NCBI GenBank assembly: GCA_035559535.1
Contig: DATMBG010000022.1
Location: 192,568-256,567 of the forward strand
From: Candidatus Limnocylindrales bacterium
GTDB taxonomy: Bacteria; Moduliflexota; Moduliflexia; Moduliflexales; JAUQPW01
Direction: 5' to 3'
Length of the DNA: 64,000 nt
The notes beneath the pieces were generated by a model. It searched no databases, was not told the origin of the DNA, and was given only the letters and a program-made list of their open reading frames with translations. A program made the position numbers and the translations under genes. Shown here piece by piece: positions 47,510 to 57,189 of this stretch (position 1 is the first letter of the stretch; every line of letters begins with the position of its first letter).

Positions 47510-47925
47510 GTCAGGACCGATCGCCATAAATATGCGCTGGGTTTCTTGGAGGGGCCATATTCGTACTATTTATTTTCAATTCCTATGGACCTATGGGGTC
47601 GTATCTTCAAGTCCTGCTTCTCTCAGAACCTGTTCTAAAAGTTGGAAAACTCCCCGAGATTGAGCTCCTCGCTTCAGATATTCATAATCCAGTGTATCAC
47701 GCTGAACTTGCAAGACGCCTAACACATCGTTCCATTGCCGTATAGGAGATATCAAGCTGCTTTAATACCTCAGCAACGCGCTGAGGAATGCAAAGGGGTT
47801 CTGCAAGCATCCTCCTAGAACCTATCCGACAAAGTCCTGATCTCGATACACCAGGCTTCGATGCACTTTGCTACTTAACCACCGGTACTTCATCAACGAA
47901 TTTTTCGGATAGTTCCTTAATAGCC

Positions 47926-48210
47926 CTATTGTTCGGGATCCCAGTGAGAGACCCGTATCATGGTTTCTCCTGGTAGCCAAAGTGCAGCTAAGCGAAGTTG
48001 TTGCTCTCGCTCTGAAATTTCTCCGTATTGTTTTCGAATACGAGCCAGTGCAAGCTGCTGAACCGCTTTTGTTAGTTCGTTGACCCGTTGTAGCTTTTGT
48101 TGGGGGGTCATCTTACGATAGCCAGCAATCAATATCTTTTGTATAGAAACAGGCGTATCCAGATTTTTGAAGGTTCTACGGCTTTCTAAAACATTTTTAT
48201 TCGGAAACAT
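47926..48210 (-). CDS. hypothetical protein (doubtful; lies in a region of apparent gene decay)
   Basis: ORF only. Confidence 0.2.
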   Translation of the reverse strand: MFPNKNVLESRRTFKNLDTPVSIQKILIAGYRKMTPQQKLQRVNELTKAVQQLALARIRKQYGEISEREQQLRLAALWLPGETMIRVSHWDPEQ

Positions 48211-48499
48211 AATAACGTATGAATGGTAAGGGAAAGTACACTTTTTACAATTCTAACTTTAATATAGTTGCGAGATTGATGCCAATCCGCAAATCCTTTG
48301 TTAGGACAACTGCTGGCGAGTCGGACTAAGCGGACGTAGTTAGGGTTTATGATGAAATTGAAGGAGCTACTTTTTTATTGACAAGAGCTTTTTTCTCAAA
48401 ATATTCTTTTTTATCCCAACAAGGTATCAGGATTTCCTATACCTCTAATCCCCTGTCGTTACTGCGTTGCAAATCTCTAGTTATCAAGTTTTCCGGCAG

Positions 48500-48610
48500 T
48501 GAGAGTACGGGAGTGGGGAGGTATGGGAGTGTGGGAGTTCTATCTTCCCCACTTCCATACCCCCATACTTCCCCACTCCCATCCTTCCATACTTCCATAC
48601 TAAAAGTATA
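48500..48610. repeat. heptamer-repeat palindromic element, copy A4
   Basis: gtgagagtacgggagtggggaggtatgggagtgtgggag / center ttctatctt / ccccacttccatacccccatacttccccactcccatccttccatacttccatac. Confidence 0.7.
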
Positions 48611-48623
48611 GCCGTCCCCTTGA

Positions 48624-50321
48624 CTATTGGAGATTTGTCGCCCGCAGAAAATCAAAATCAACCCCTTCGTGGGCCTGGAGGACGTGGTCCAGGTAGAGTT
48701 TTTCATAACCTCGATCGTAGGGGGGTTTTGGAGGTTTCCAGGCAGCCAGACGGCGGTTAATTTCCTCATCGGAAACTAAGAGATTGATCTTCCGGTTGGG
48801 AACGTCCAGTTCGATCAGGTCTCCGTTCTGGACAATGGCCAAAGGCCCCCCCACAGCCGATTCAGGGGAGATATGTAAAACCACCGTTCCGTAACTGGTC
48901 CCACTCATACGGGCATCGCTGATCCGGACCATATCTTCAACCCCTTTTCGCAATAATTTCGAAGGGATCGGTAGCTGCCCCCATTCCGGCATACCCGGGC
49001 CTCCTTTGGGACCTGCATTCTTTAATACCAGTACGCAGGTTTCATCCACATCCAGGTTGGGATCGTCAACACGCTGACGCATCTCCTCATAATTCTCAAA
49101 TACGACGGCTCGTCCCCGATGTTTCAGCAGCTTGGGATCTGCAGCCGTCTGCTTGATGACGGCCCCGTGGGGAGCCAGATTTCCGTAAAGAATGACGGTA
49201 CCTCCCTCCCCATGGATGGGATTATCCATAGATCGAATAACTTCAGAGTTGTAACATCTGGCATTCTTAATATTTTCGCCTATCGTCTTGCCTGTCACGG
49301 TCATGGCGTCCAGATGAAGCAGAGAGGAGATCTCTTTCATAACGGCGGGAATCCCCCCGGCATAGAAAAAATCTTCCATCAAGTATTTTCCCGAGGGTCG
49401 TACATTGGCAATAAAGGGGGTTCTTCTGGAAATCTCATCAAAGAGGGATAGAGGCAGTTTAATGCCCAGACGTCCTGCAATGGCAATCAGATGGATAATG
49501 GCGTTGGTAGAACCTCCGATTGCCATATCTACGGTAATCGCGTTTTCAATGGCCTTCTGGGTCATGATGTCGGAAGGTTTCAAATCCTCATATACCATTT
49601 CTACAATTCGGCGTCCGCTGGCTTCGGCAAAAGCATAGCGCCGGGAATCGGGGGCGGGAATATTGGCACACCCGGTAAGGGTCATTCCCAGAGCTTCGGC
49701 GAGACTGGTCATGGTAGAAGCCGTTCCCATAACCATACAATGACCTGCACTCCGAGAAATACTTCCCTCGATCTCACACCATTCTTCTTCACTGATTCTC
49801 CCGGCCCGCAGTTCATCCCAGTACTTCCAGACATCGGTTCCCGACCCAATCTCCTTTCCGCGCCACATTCCTCGTAACATGGGACCTCCTGGCACTACAA
49901 TCGCAGGAATATTAACACTGGCAGCTCCCATGAGCTGGGCCGGGGTCGTTTTATCACAACCACATAACAGAACCACTCCATCCAGAGGATTTGCACGAAT
50001 AGAGGACTCCACATCCATGGCCATGAGATTCCGATAAAGCATAGTGCTCGGTCTCATAACCGCCTCACCCAGGGAGATGGTTGGAAATTCCAATGGAAAT
50101 CCTCCTGCCTGCCAGACACCTCGTTTAACCGCCTCGGCAACCAGACGAAGGTGGGCATTGCAATTGGTTAATTCACTCCAGGAGTTGCAAATTCCAATGA
50201 CCGGTTTATTTTGAAAGACCTGTTCGTGAAACCCCTCGGCTCGCATCCAGGCTCGATGAATCATTCCCTGCTCATCCTTGCGCCCAAACCAATCTTGACT
50301 GCGTAGTCTCTTTTTCTCCAT
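48624..50321 (-). CDS. IlvD/EDD family dehydratase (dihydroxy-acid or sugar-acid dehydratase)
   Basis: CDKTTP and SAGHCMVMGTAST Fe-S cluster ligand regions. 565 aa. Confidence 0.85.
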   Translation of the reverse strand: MEKKRLRSQDWFGRKDEQGMIHRAWMRAEGFHEQVFQNKPVIGICNSWSELTNCNAHLRLVAEAVKRGVWQAGGFPLEFPTISLGEAVMRPSTMLYRNLMAMDVESSIRANPLDGVVLLCGCDKTTPAQLMGAASVNIPAIVVPGGPMLRGMWRGKEIGSGTDVWKYWDELRAGRISEEEWCEIEGSISRSAGHCMVMGTASTMTSLAEALGMTLTGCANIPAPDSRRYAFAEASGRRIVEMVYEDLKPSDIMTQKAIENAITVDMAIGGSTNAIIHLIAIAGRLGIKLPLSLFDEISRRTPFIANVRPSGKYLMEDFFYAGGIPAVMKEISSLLHLDAMTVTGKTIGENIKNARCYNSEVIRSMDNPIHGEGGTVILYGNLAPHGAVIKQTAADPKLLKHRGRAVVFENYEEMRQRVDDPNLDVDETCVLVLKNAGPKGGPGMPEWGQLPIPSKLLRKGVEDMVRISDARMSGTSYGTVVLHISPESAVGGPLAIVQNGDLIELDVPNRKINLLVSDEEINRRLAAWKPPKPPYDRGYEKLYLDHVLQAHEGVDFDFLRATNLQ

Positions 50322-50339
50322 AAATTTTCAAGGGTTCGA

Positions 50340-50460
50340 TCAAACCCCCAAGGATCCCTTTTGAGACCCGGAGACCCGGAGAAATTTCTCCGCGTCCCCA
50401 TGTCTCCGCGTCTCCGTGTCCCCATGTCTCCGCGTCTCAAAAGGGGTCCTTGGGTCTTCC
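50340..50460. repeat. tandem direct repeats of a ~16-nt unit TCTCCGCGTCYCCRTG (about 3 copies), preceded by an inverted GAGACCCGGAGAAATTTCTCCGCG palindrome
   Basis: Read directly: ccggagacccggagaaatttctccgcgtccccatgtctccgcgtctccgtgtccccatgtctccgcgtctc. Located in a divergent promoter region. Confidence 0.6.
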
Positions 50461-50685
50461 TGCCTTTATAGCTGAAAGATTTAAGTTTTATCAGGTTTAA
50501 AATCTGATATAATAAAAAAATTGGTCCCGAAGGGCTTATTTTTCAACCTCTAAAATTTTCTTCTTGACTTCTCTTATCTTCTCCTATTTATTCTTTTCCA
50601 GGCTGTTTTATCAGGAACTCTTTTTCCTCGGGGATTCTTCTAAATCAATCACCTTAACCCTTGTTATCCGTCGTAGAGGTGCCTT

Positions 50686-52905
50686 ATGAATCGAAGGCGG
50701 CGGTTAGGAGAGGTTTTAGTCGAAGCTTGTCTGATAAGCCCGGAACAACTGGATCGGGTCCTGGCCATCCAACAGCATGAACAAAAGCCTTTGGGAAGAA
50801 TTCTCATGGAACAGGGATGGGTCGAAGAAAAAGATATCTATAAGGCCCTCTCAGAAATCTGGGGGATCGAATACGTGGATATTTCCCAGGTCATGATCAG
50901 TCCCCAGGTTCTGCAGATTGTACCGGAAGAAATAGCTAAAAGATATCTGGTCTTCCCTCTTTTTCTCCAGGATAAACTCCTTTACCTGGCCATGGAAAAT
51001 CCTCTCCAATTGGAGCCTATTCAGCTTATCGAATTTAAGACCCGGTTACGGGTTAAACCCTTACTGGCAAGCCGAAGCAAAATCCAGGAAGCCTTGAATC
51101 GCCACTTCAATATGGATAACTATGTAGAAAAAATCCTGGCCCAAGTTCAATCTAAAGAGAAAATTCAGGTGATCCAAAACCCCGAAGAAGAAGAGGATCT
51201 TAGTAAACTTGAAAAGTCCACCGAAGGAAGTCAGATCCTGCAACTGGTCAATCTGATTCTGGTCAATGCCATCAAAAAGCGGACCTCCGATATTCATATT
51301 GAACCGGCCGAGAGCCTGGTGGGAATTCGATACCGTATCGATGGACTCCTTTCAGATCCTATCCGGCTTCCCAAACCATTTCAACAACCTCTTGTCTCCC
51401 GAATCAAAGTTATGGCGAATCTGGATATTGCCGAGAAGCGAAGACCCCAAGATGGTAAAATTACCATCCACTTCTCGGGTCGGCCCATCGATCTGCGGGT
51501 CTCTACCTTACCGACCAATTTTGGGGAAAAGGTGGTTATACGCATCCTGGATAAGAAAGCAGCCCTTCATAACCTTGCCAGCCTGGGTATGTCAGAGACT
51601 CAACTGACCATTTTTCAGCAGGCCTTAAGTCAACCCCAAGGACTCATTCTGGTGACCGGTCCGACCGGTAGTGGAAAAACAACGACCCTTTATGCCGGCC
51701 TCAATGCGCTCCGGGATAAAACTAAGAATATCGTTACCATCGAAGACCCTATTGAATATCAACTGGAGGGTATCAATCAGGTACAGGTTAATAGAAAGGC
51801 GGGGGTTACCTTTGCCAGTGTTCTTCGATCCGTTTTACGTCAGGACCCCAATGTTATTCTGGTAGGAGAGATTCGAGATTCAGAAACTGCCGAGATTGCC
51901 ATCCAGGCTTCCCAAACAGGTCACCTGGTTCTGAGTACTTTACATACCAACGATGCCGTAGCGACGGTAACCCGGTTGCTCAATCTGGGAATAGCTCCAG
52001 ATCAAGTTGCTTCGAATCTCATTCTGGCCCTGGCTCAAAGACTTATTCGCCGGATCTGCCCGGCATGTAAAAAAAGTTATGTTCCTTCTTTTGAAGAGTT
52101 AAAAAAGTTTGGTCTTGGCAAGCCATCGGCAACGTCCTTTTCTACCCTGTATCGAGGAACCGGATGCGAGCAGTGTAGAAATATAGGCTATTATGGGCAG
52201 GTCGGTATTTTCGAGATGCTGGTTCCGGGAAATGATCTAAAACTTGCCATTTCAAATAAAACTTCGGAAACAATTCTAAAAAAAGTAGCTATAGAACAGG
52301 GGATGGCAACCCTCTTGCAGGATGGATTGAGTAAAGTCCGACAGGGAATCACCACCCTGGACGAAATAGCCCGGGTCTGCTATGTCCAGGAAGGCTTAAC
52401 CGGGGAATCCCCCGGACTTAGAGAACTTTGCCGTACCTGCCAAAAGGAGTTGGATCCGAACTGGAAGTTGTGTCCTTATTGCGGGACTCCTAAACTTCCG
52501 GAACCCCCCGAAAGTTCCCAAAGGGTTTATAAGATTCTGGTTGCCGATGATGATGACCGCATTGGCGAAACCCTTGTGGCGATTCTGGAAGATCGGGGGT
52601 ATCAGATCATACGAGCTTCCAACGGAGTAGAAACCCTGGATAAGGTTCAAAAAGAAAATCCGGATCTTGTGCTTCTAGATATTGGGATGCCCCTGAAGAC
52701 GGGGTTTGAAGTTTGCGAGGAACTCCGTGCTTCGGTAGATACAATGTTTATTCCCATCATCATGTTGACGGCACAGACTTCCATTTCCGAGAAATTAAAA
52801 GGGCTCAGTCTGGGGGCCGATGATTATATCACAAAGCCATTTAACGGGGAAGAGTTAGTTGAAAGGATCAGAGCCGTTTTACGGCGGTCTTATCATACCC
52901 TTTAA
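50686..52905 (+). CDS. GspE/PilB-family secretion ATPase with N-terminal T2SSE_N/MshEN-like domain and C-terminal response-regulator receiver (REC) domain fusion
   Basis: Walker A GPTGSGKTTT. Asp box, Walker B and His box (LVLSTLHTND). Tetracysteine CPAC...CEQC plus an extra CRTC...CPYC zinc ribbon. C-terminal ILVADDDD...DLVLLDIGMP...KP is a canonical REC domain. Confidence 0.85.
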   Translation: MNRRRRLGEVLVEACLISPEQLDRVLAIQQHEQKPLGRILMEQGWVEEKDIYKALSEIWGIEYVDISQVMISPQVLQIVPEEIAKRYLVFPLFLQDKLLYLAMENPLQLEPIQLIEFKTRLRVKPLLASRSKIQEALNRHFNMDNYVEKILAQVQSKEKIQVIQNPEEEEDLSKLEKSTEGSQILQLVNLILVNAIKKRTSDIHIEPAESLVGIRYRIDGLLSDPIRLPKPFQQPLVSRIKVMANLDIAEKRRPQDGKITIHFSGRPIDLRVSTLPTNFGEKVVIRILDKKAALHNLASLGMSETQLTIFQQALSQPQGLILVTGPTGSGKTTTLYAGLNALRDKTKNIVTIEDPIEYQLEGINQVQVNRKAGVTFASVLRSVLRQDPNVILVGEIRDSETAEIAIQASQTGHLVLSTLHTNDAVATVTRLLNLGIAPDQVASNLILALAQRLIRRICPACKKSYVPSFEELKKFGLGKPSATSFSTLYRGTGCEQCRNIGYYGQVGIFEMLVPGNDLKLAISNKTSETILKKVAIEQGMATLLQDGLSKVRQGITTLDEIARVCYVQEGLTGESPGLRELCRTCQKELDPNWKLCPYCGTPKLPEPPESSQRVYKILVADDDDRIGETLVAILEDRGYQIIRASNGVETLDKVQKENPDLVLLDIGMPLKTGFEVCEELRASVDTMFIPIIMLTAQTSISEKLKGLSLGADDYITKPFNGEELVERIRAVLRRSYHTL

Positions 52906-53059
52906 AGGAAGGGATGAAAATTAAAATGCCTCTACAGATTTCTTGGATGGGTAGCTCATTCAGGCAGTAAATTAAGGAACAAAGGGATCTTTCAGAAACT
53001 TCCAGAAGAAGAAGGAACAAGTAGTACTTTGTTTACTTAGTTTTGTTTAACGTTTAAGT

Positions 53060-53201
53060 GGCCCTCACCCCCGGCCCCTCTCCCACGCTGGGGAGAGGGG
53101 AGCTGGGGAGTGAAAGCAACCCTATGAGGTCAAAATTAAGTAAACAGTAGTAGGATAACGCTTTAAGATTCTACAGTAGTAGGATAACGCTTTAAGATTC
53201 T
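53060..53201. repeat. GC-rich palindromic repeat element, family B copy 3, plus an adjacent 28-nt tandem duplication (cagtagtaggataacgctttaagattct x2)
   Basis: cccctctcccacgctggggagagggg hairpin followed by the conserved module ggggagtgaaagcaaccctatgaggtcaaaattaagtaaacagt. The direct duplication lies at 53146-53201. Confidence 0.65.
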
Positions 53202-53510
53202 TTTTCCTATCCACCCTGATGCGCAGGGACGATGGGGGTAGTTGGTAGGGCATCCTGAAGGCCGGTACTAAATACGTACCTACCAGCCATCTTTCCTTGT
53301 ATGTACCCGCGGGCTGATCATCGAGGGGTTTATACCTGCAGCCCGCATTTTACAATGTTGGTTCGTGAGAGTAGGCTCCACCTATCTACTCTCACGGCCT
53401 GGAACAGGCCCTGGAGGAGAGAATAAGGTAAGTTTCCCCTCTGAAAGGGAAACCTGACAAATCCCTTTTAGGACGAGGTCTTAGCGACCTCTTCCTCCTG
53501 GGTAGGGGAT

Positions 53511-53996
53511 TTACATTTGATATTTACTGAAATCTTCAGGCTTTAAATTCTCCAACCACTCTTTCAGCTTTTCGGTATCTTCCGACTCCTGATTCATATC
53601 GATGCTTTTGGCCTTTTCGATGACTTCTCGAGCAACGTAGATGGGCGCACCGACCCTGAGCGCCAGGGCAATGGCATCACTGGGTCTGGAGTCAATCACG
53701 ATTTTATTTCCGTTGGTCGTTAACTGAATGGTTGCGTAGAAGGTATTATTTTTAAGGTCATTTACCACGATTTTATTAACCGTTGCATTCAGACCTTCGA
53801 TGATGTCCTTCATCAGATCGTGGGTCATGGGTCTTGGAGTGCTGATTTTTTCCAATTCCAGTGCGATAGCATTCGCTTCAAATAACCCAACCCAAATCGG
53901 CAGAGCCTTTTTATCTTCTAAATCCCTTAGAATAACAATGGGCATATTGGTTAAGGGATCCAATGTAAGTCCTTTGACTTTCATTTCTAAATACAT
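53511..53996 (-). CDS. bifunctional nuclease family protein (DUF151/BFN domain)
   Basis: [19 protein letters not shown]...[11 protein letters not shown] core motifs. Start may be the internal ATG at 53984. Confidence 0.75.
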   Translation of the reverse strand: MYLEMKVKGLTLDPLTNMPIVILRDLEDKKALPIWVGLFEANAIALELEKISTPRPMTHDLMKDIIEGLNATVNKIVVNDLKNNTFYATIQLTTNGNKIVIDSRPSDAIALALRVGAPIYVAREVIEKAKSIDMNQESEDTEKLKEWLENLKPEDFSKYQM

Positions 53997-54143
53997 AAGT
54001 CCTATCCCCCTTATTTAGATGACTGGTTAGTCGTTATGCCCTGCAGAGCTGTAAACTACTACTACTATAAATCTTTTTTATTTAAATATCAAGAGGTATT
54101 TAAAAATTGTACTGACTCCCAAACCAGAGGTCCGGAGTCATAG

Positions 54144-55514
54144 CTAACTTCTGACTTCTGATGAAGTTAACCTACCTGCCAATCGATAAGGATAGGCTTC
54201 TGTAATTTCAACATGGACTAAACGCCCCAGTAATTCAGGGCCTCCAGGTAAAGTCACAATATGATTGGTTCGGGTTCGCCCGGTAACCTTTCCTGGAAAT
54301 TTAGGATTAAGTTCATCTACGAGAACTTCCTGGATCTGCCCCAGCAAGGATTTATTTTTCTCGAGACTGATCTTCTTCTGAAGATCTAAGACCCTCTGCA
54401 ATCGTTCTTCCTTAACCTCCTCGGGAACCGGGTTAGGTAATTCCGGAGATTTGGTATAGGGGCGATCCGAATATTTGAAAGCGAAGCAGCCATCGTATTG
54501 GACTTTTTCCATTACATCCAGAGTATCCTGGAAATCTTCTTCGGTTTCTCCCGGAAATCCCACAATGATATCGGTGGTGATACTAATGTGGGGGATTTCT
54601 TGTTTAAGCTGCTGGATTTTCTCCAGATATTGCTCCTTTGTATATTTCCGATTCATATCCTTTAAAACTTTGGACGAACCGGCTTGTACCGGGAGATGGA
54701 TATGTTCGCAAACTTTGGGGAGATCCCGAATGGCGGCAATCAGTTCCTGGGACAGATCCCGGGGATGAGGGGTTGTATATCGAATGCGTTGAAGCCCTTT
54801 CACCTCATTCAGTGCAGCCAGGAGTTCTGGAAACGACAGATCATCTCGAATTCTTTCTCCATGGGAGATAACCCGTTTTCCATAAGAGGTTACATTTTGT
54901 CCCAGCAGCATGATCTCAATAACCCCTCGATCGGCCAACAGTTGAGCTTCTCGGAGGATATCCTTGCTGGGTCTACTCTCTTCTCGACCTCGGGTGAAGG
55001 GAACCACACAGAAAGTACAGAATTTATCGCACCCCCGCATGATGGTTATATAGGCCTTGAAGCGGTTTTCTCGAACCACATTTGCTTCAGGCTCTTGCCA
55101 GTCCATATTGGAAAGGTCCACTACCCGCGCGGGACGCCCTGAACTCTTTCGGCTTTGTTGAAGTTCTTCGAGTAATTGAGGAAGCTTGGGAATCGTGTTG
55201 GTTCCAAAGACCAGATCTACATGGAAGGCCTTCTTAAGGATATTTTCGCCTTCTTGTTGGGCCACACACCCACAAACCCCAATAATAAGATCCGGATTCC
55301 GGGCTTTGAGAGATTTTAATTGCCCCAGCTTACTGTATAACTTATGCTCGGCTTTTTCCCGAACACTACAGGTGTTTAAAAGAATAAAATCCGCCTCTTC
55401 CAGGTTTTGAGTTAATTCGTACTCCGGTTGGAGTAGACCCGCTATTTTCTCAGAATCATGGACATTCATCTGGCAACCGTAAGTAATAATATGAAGCCGC
55501 TTTTGTTTTTCCAT
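54144..55514 (-). CDS. miaB: tRNA (N6-isopentenyladenosine37-C2)-methylthiotransferase MiaB
   Basis: N-terminal MTTase domain with YGCQMN. Radical SAM CDKFCTFC. C-terminal TRAM domain. 456 aa. Confidence 0.85.
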   Translation of the reverse strand: MEKQKRLHIITYGCQMNVHDSEKIAGLLQPEYELTQNLEEADFILLNTCSVREKAEHKLYSKLGQLKSLKARNPDLIIGVCGCVAQQEGENILKKAFHVDLVFGTNTIPKLPQLLEELQQSRKSSGRPARVVDLSNMDWQEPEANVVRENRFKAYITIMRGCDKFCTFCVVPFTRGREESRPSKDILREAQLLADRGVIEIMLLGQNVTSYGKRVISHGERIRDDLSFPELLAALNEVKGLQRIRYTTPHPRDLSQELIAAIRDLPKVCEHIHLPVQAGSSKVLKDMNRKYTKEQYLEKIQQLKQEIPHISITTDIIVGFPGETEEDFQDTLDVMEKVQYDGCFAFKYSDRPYTKSPELPNPVPEEVKEERLQRVLDLQKKISLEKNKSLLGQIQEVLVDELNPKFPGKVTGRTRTNHIVTLPGGPELLGRLVHVEITEAYPYRLAGRLTSSEVRS

Positions 55515-55911
55515 AAATTTTTTTACCTTCTTCGAAGAAACAAGATCTAAACAGAATAAAAATGATTGATCAGGTTGAGAAAAAACCTGATCCCCCTTCC
55601 TCCGTAAAGGGGGTTAGACCTCTTAACCCCGTGTATGCAGGACTACTCCTATTTTAAGATAGGAGTTTGTTGCTGAGTTAGTCAAGGGCTTACAGAATTT
55701 TCTCATCCCTAAAGGGAACGGTATGACGTGGCTTGTCAAAGGAGATTTCGTTACCCTTTAATAAACTTGTTGACAATCCAGGTTAAAGATGATAGCAGAA
55801 AGAGTTTAGAAAATAAGTCGTAGATTCATTTCTCCATGGGGAGAAATGAATAGGAATTAAAAGGTGGGTAATGGACCAAGGTGGGATGGAATAAAAGGAA
55901 GGGAGGTTTAG

Positions 55912-57180
55912 ATGAGTCAGGAGGGCCTAAAAAGAAGCCTGGAAGAATGGATGACGACCAAAAGAGGGTCGCCTACCTCTTCTTCAGAGCAATCCAATAT
56001 CGGGAGATTACTTCAGAAAGTTAATCTCTCGGACATTGAAATGTCAGATTCACCTTTCGCTTTAAGGGGGAAAACCGATTGGCCCACGCTCAAAAATTCC
56101 CTCAAGGATCAAGGGCAAAAATACCCTATTATCTTGAAAAGAGAAGAGGGCAGATACCGAATCGTTGCCGGATTCAGACGGCTAAAAGCCTTGAATGAGC
56201 TGGGCTATAGCTCCGTGATGGCCGTGGTATATGATAAGCTGACAGACGAAGAAATGGAGCTATTTTACCTCATGGATGTTCTTCTCTATCAAGAAACCGA
56301 CCTTTTGCGTCTATCCGAGTTACTGTCTGAAAAAGACGAAATTCTGGCCAAAAGTCTGGGTATTCCCCAGGCACTGTATGATTCCTTTGTAAAAATCGCC
56401 CTGGCCTCTGAAGAGATCAAAGAAGCTTTATCTCGTCAAGATATCAGCCTGAAACAGCTCCTGGAAATTCTTAAATCCGATCATCCCCAAGAATTGTTGG
56501 AAGAACTCTTAGCCTCTCAAGTTACTTCCCGAGAAATGAACCTCCTGAATCAGCTTATTTCTTTGAGAAAAGTCATGCCGGTCTCTGGAGAGGAAATTCA
56601 AAAGTGGATTGATATCGAAAGCCTGGCCATCCGGGTCTATAAAGATTTGAAACATCTATCTGAGAAAATTAAGATTCTAAAGGAGGTTTATCCCCAAATT
56701 CCCTTAGATATCCGGAAATATCTGGTAACTGAACTTAAAGAGCTGGAAGAGACCGGAATCTTTAATATCATCCATCAGCATCCGGGCGCAGAACATCTCT
56801 ATGAAGAGGTGACCGGGGAAGATTATGAGGAGATTAAAATCCTCTCGGACGAGATTTTTAATACCCAGATCCTTAATTCGGAAATCCCGGTTGTGGTTAA
56901 TCTGAATCTGGCAGGGTATCCTCCCTGTGAAGAACTTCAGCAGGCCCTGGGGATGTTACAGGCTAAATATCACGATAAACTTAGGTTCTATGCTGTTAAC
57001 ATCATGGAATCAGACTTAGGAGGTCGATTGCCCCATTTGGTTAAAATCGGAAAAGATTTTATGGTCAAAAACCTCCCTCGCATTATGATCTTTTGGAAGG
57101 GTAAGAAAGTAGCAGAGTCTAACAAGATTGATGATCTGGAAGAGGTCTTCAGGCTGGTTCGATCGGTTATAAAGGCGTGA
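55912..57180 (+). CDS. ParB/Srx-like N-terminal domain protein fused to a C-terminal thioredoxin-fold-like domain
   Basis: ParB N-domain motif YRIVAGFRRLKA. C-terminal ~110 aa resembles a Trx fold (GYPPCEEL at the CxxC-equivalent position, LPRIMIFWKGKKV). Confidence 0.55.
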   Translation: MSQEGLKRSLEEWMTTKRGSPTSSSEQSNIGRLLQKVNLSDIEMSDSPFALRGKTDWPTLKNSLKDQGQKYPIILKREEGRYRIVAGFRRLKALNELGYSSVMAVVYDKLTDEEMELFYLMDVLLYQETDLLRLSELLSEKDEILAKSLGIPQALYDSFVKIALASEEIKEALSRQDISLKQLLEILKSDHPQELLEELLASQVTSREMNLLNQLISLRKVMPVSGEEIQKWIDIESLAIRVYKDLKHLSEKIKILKEVYPQIPLDIRKYLVTELKELEETGIFNIIHQHPGAEHLYEEVTGEDYEEIKILSDEIFNTQILNSEIPVVVNLNLAGYPPCEELQQALGMLQAKYHDKLRFYAVNIMESDLGGRLPHLVKIGKDFMVKNLPRIMIFWKGKKVAESNKIDDLEEVFRLVRSVIKA

Positions 57181-57189
57181 CCCTGTCTG

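Noticed and set aside
53200-53510. Possible structured ncRNA (tmRNA, RNase P, SRP or 6S) in the 300-nt gap with strong hairpins (cgtgagagtaggctccacctatctactctcacg; gtttcccctctgaaagggaaac)
   Set aside because: None of the diagnostic conserved blocks of those RNAs are present. The hairpins may be terminators for the convergent genes. Left as unexplained structure.
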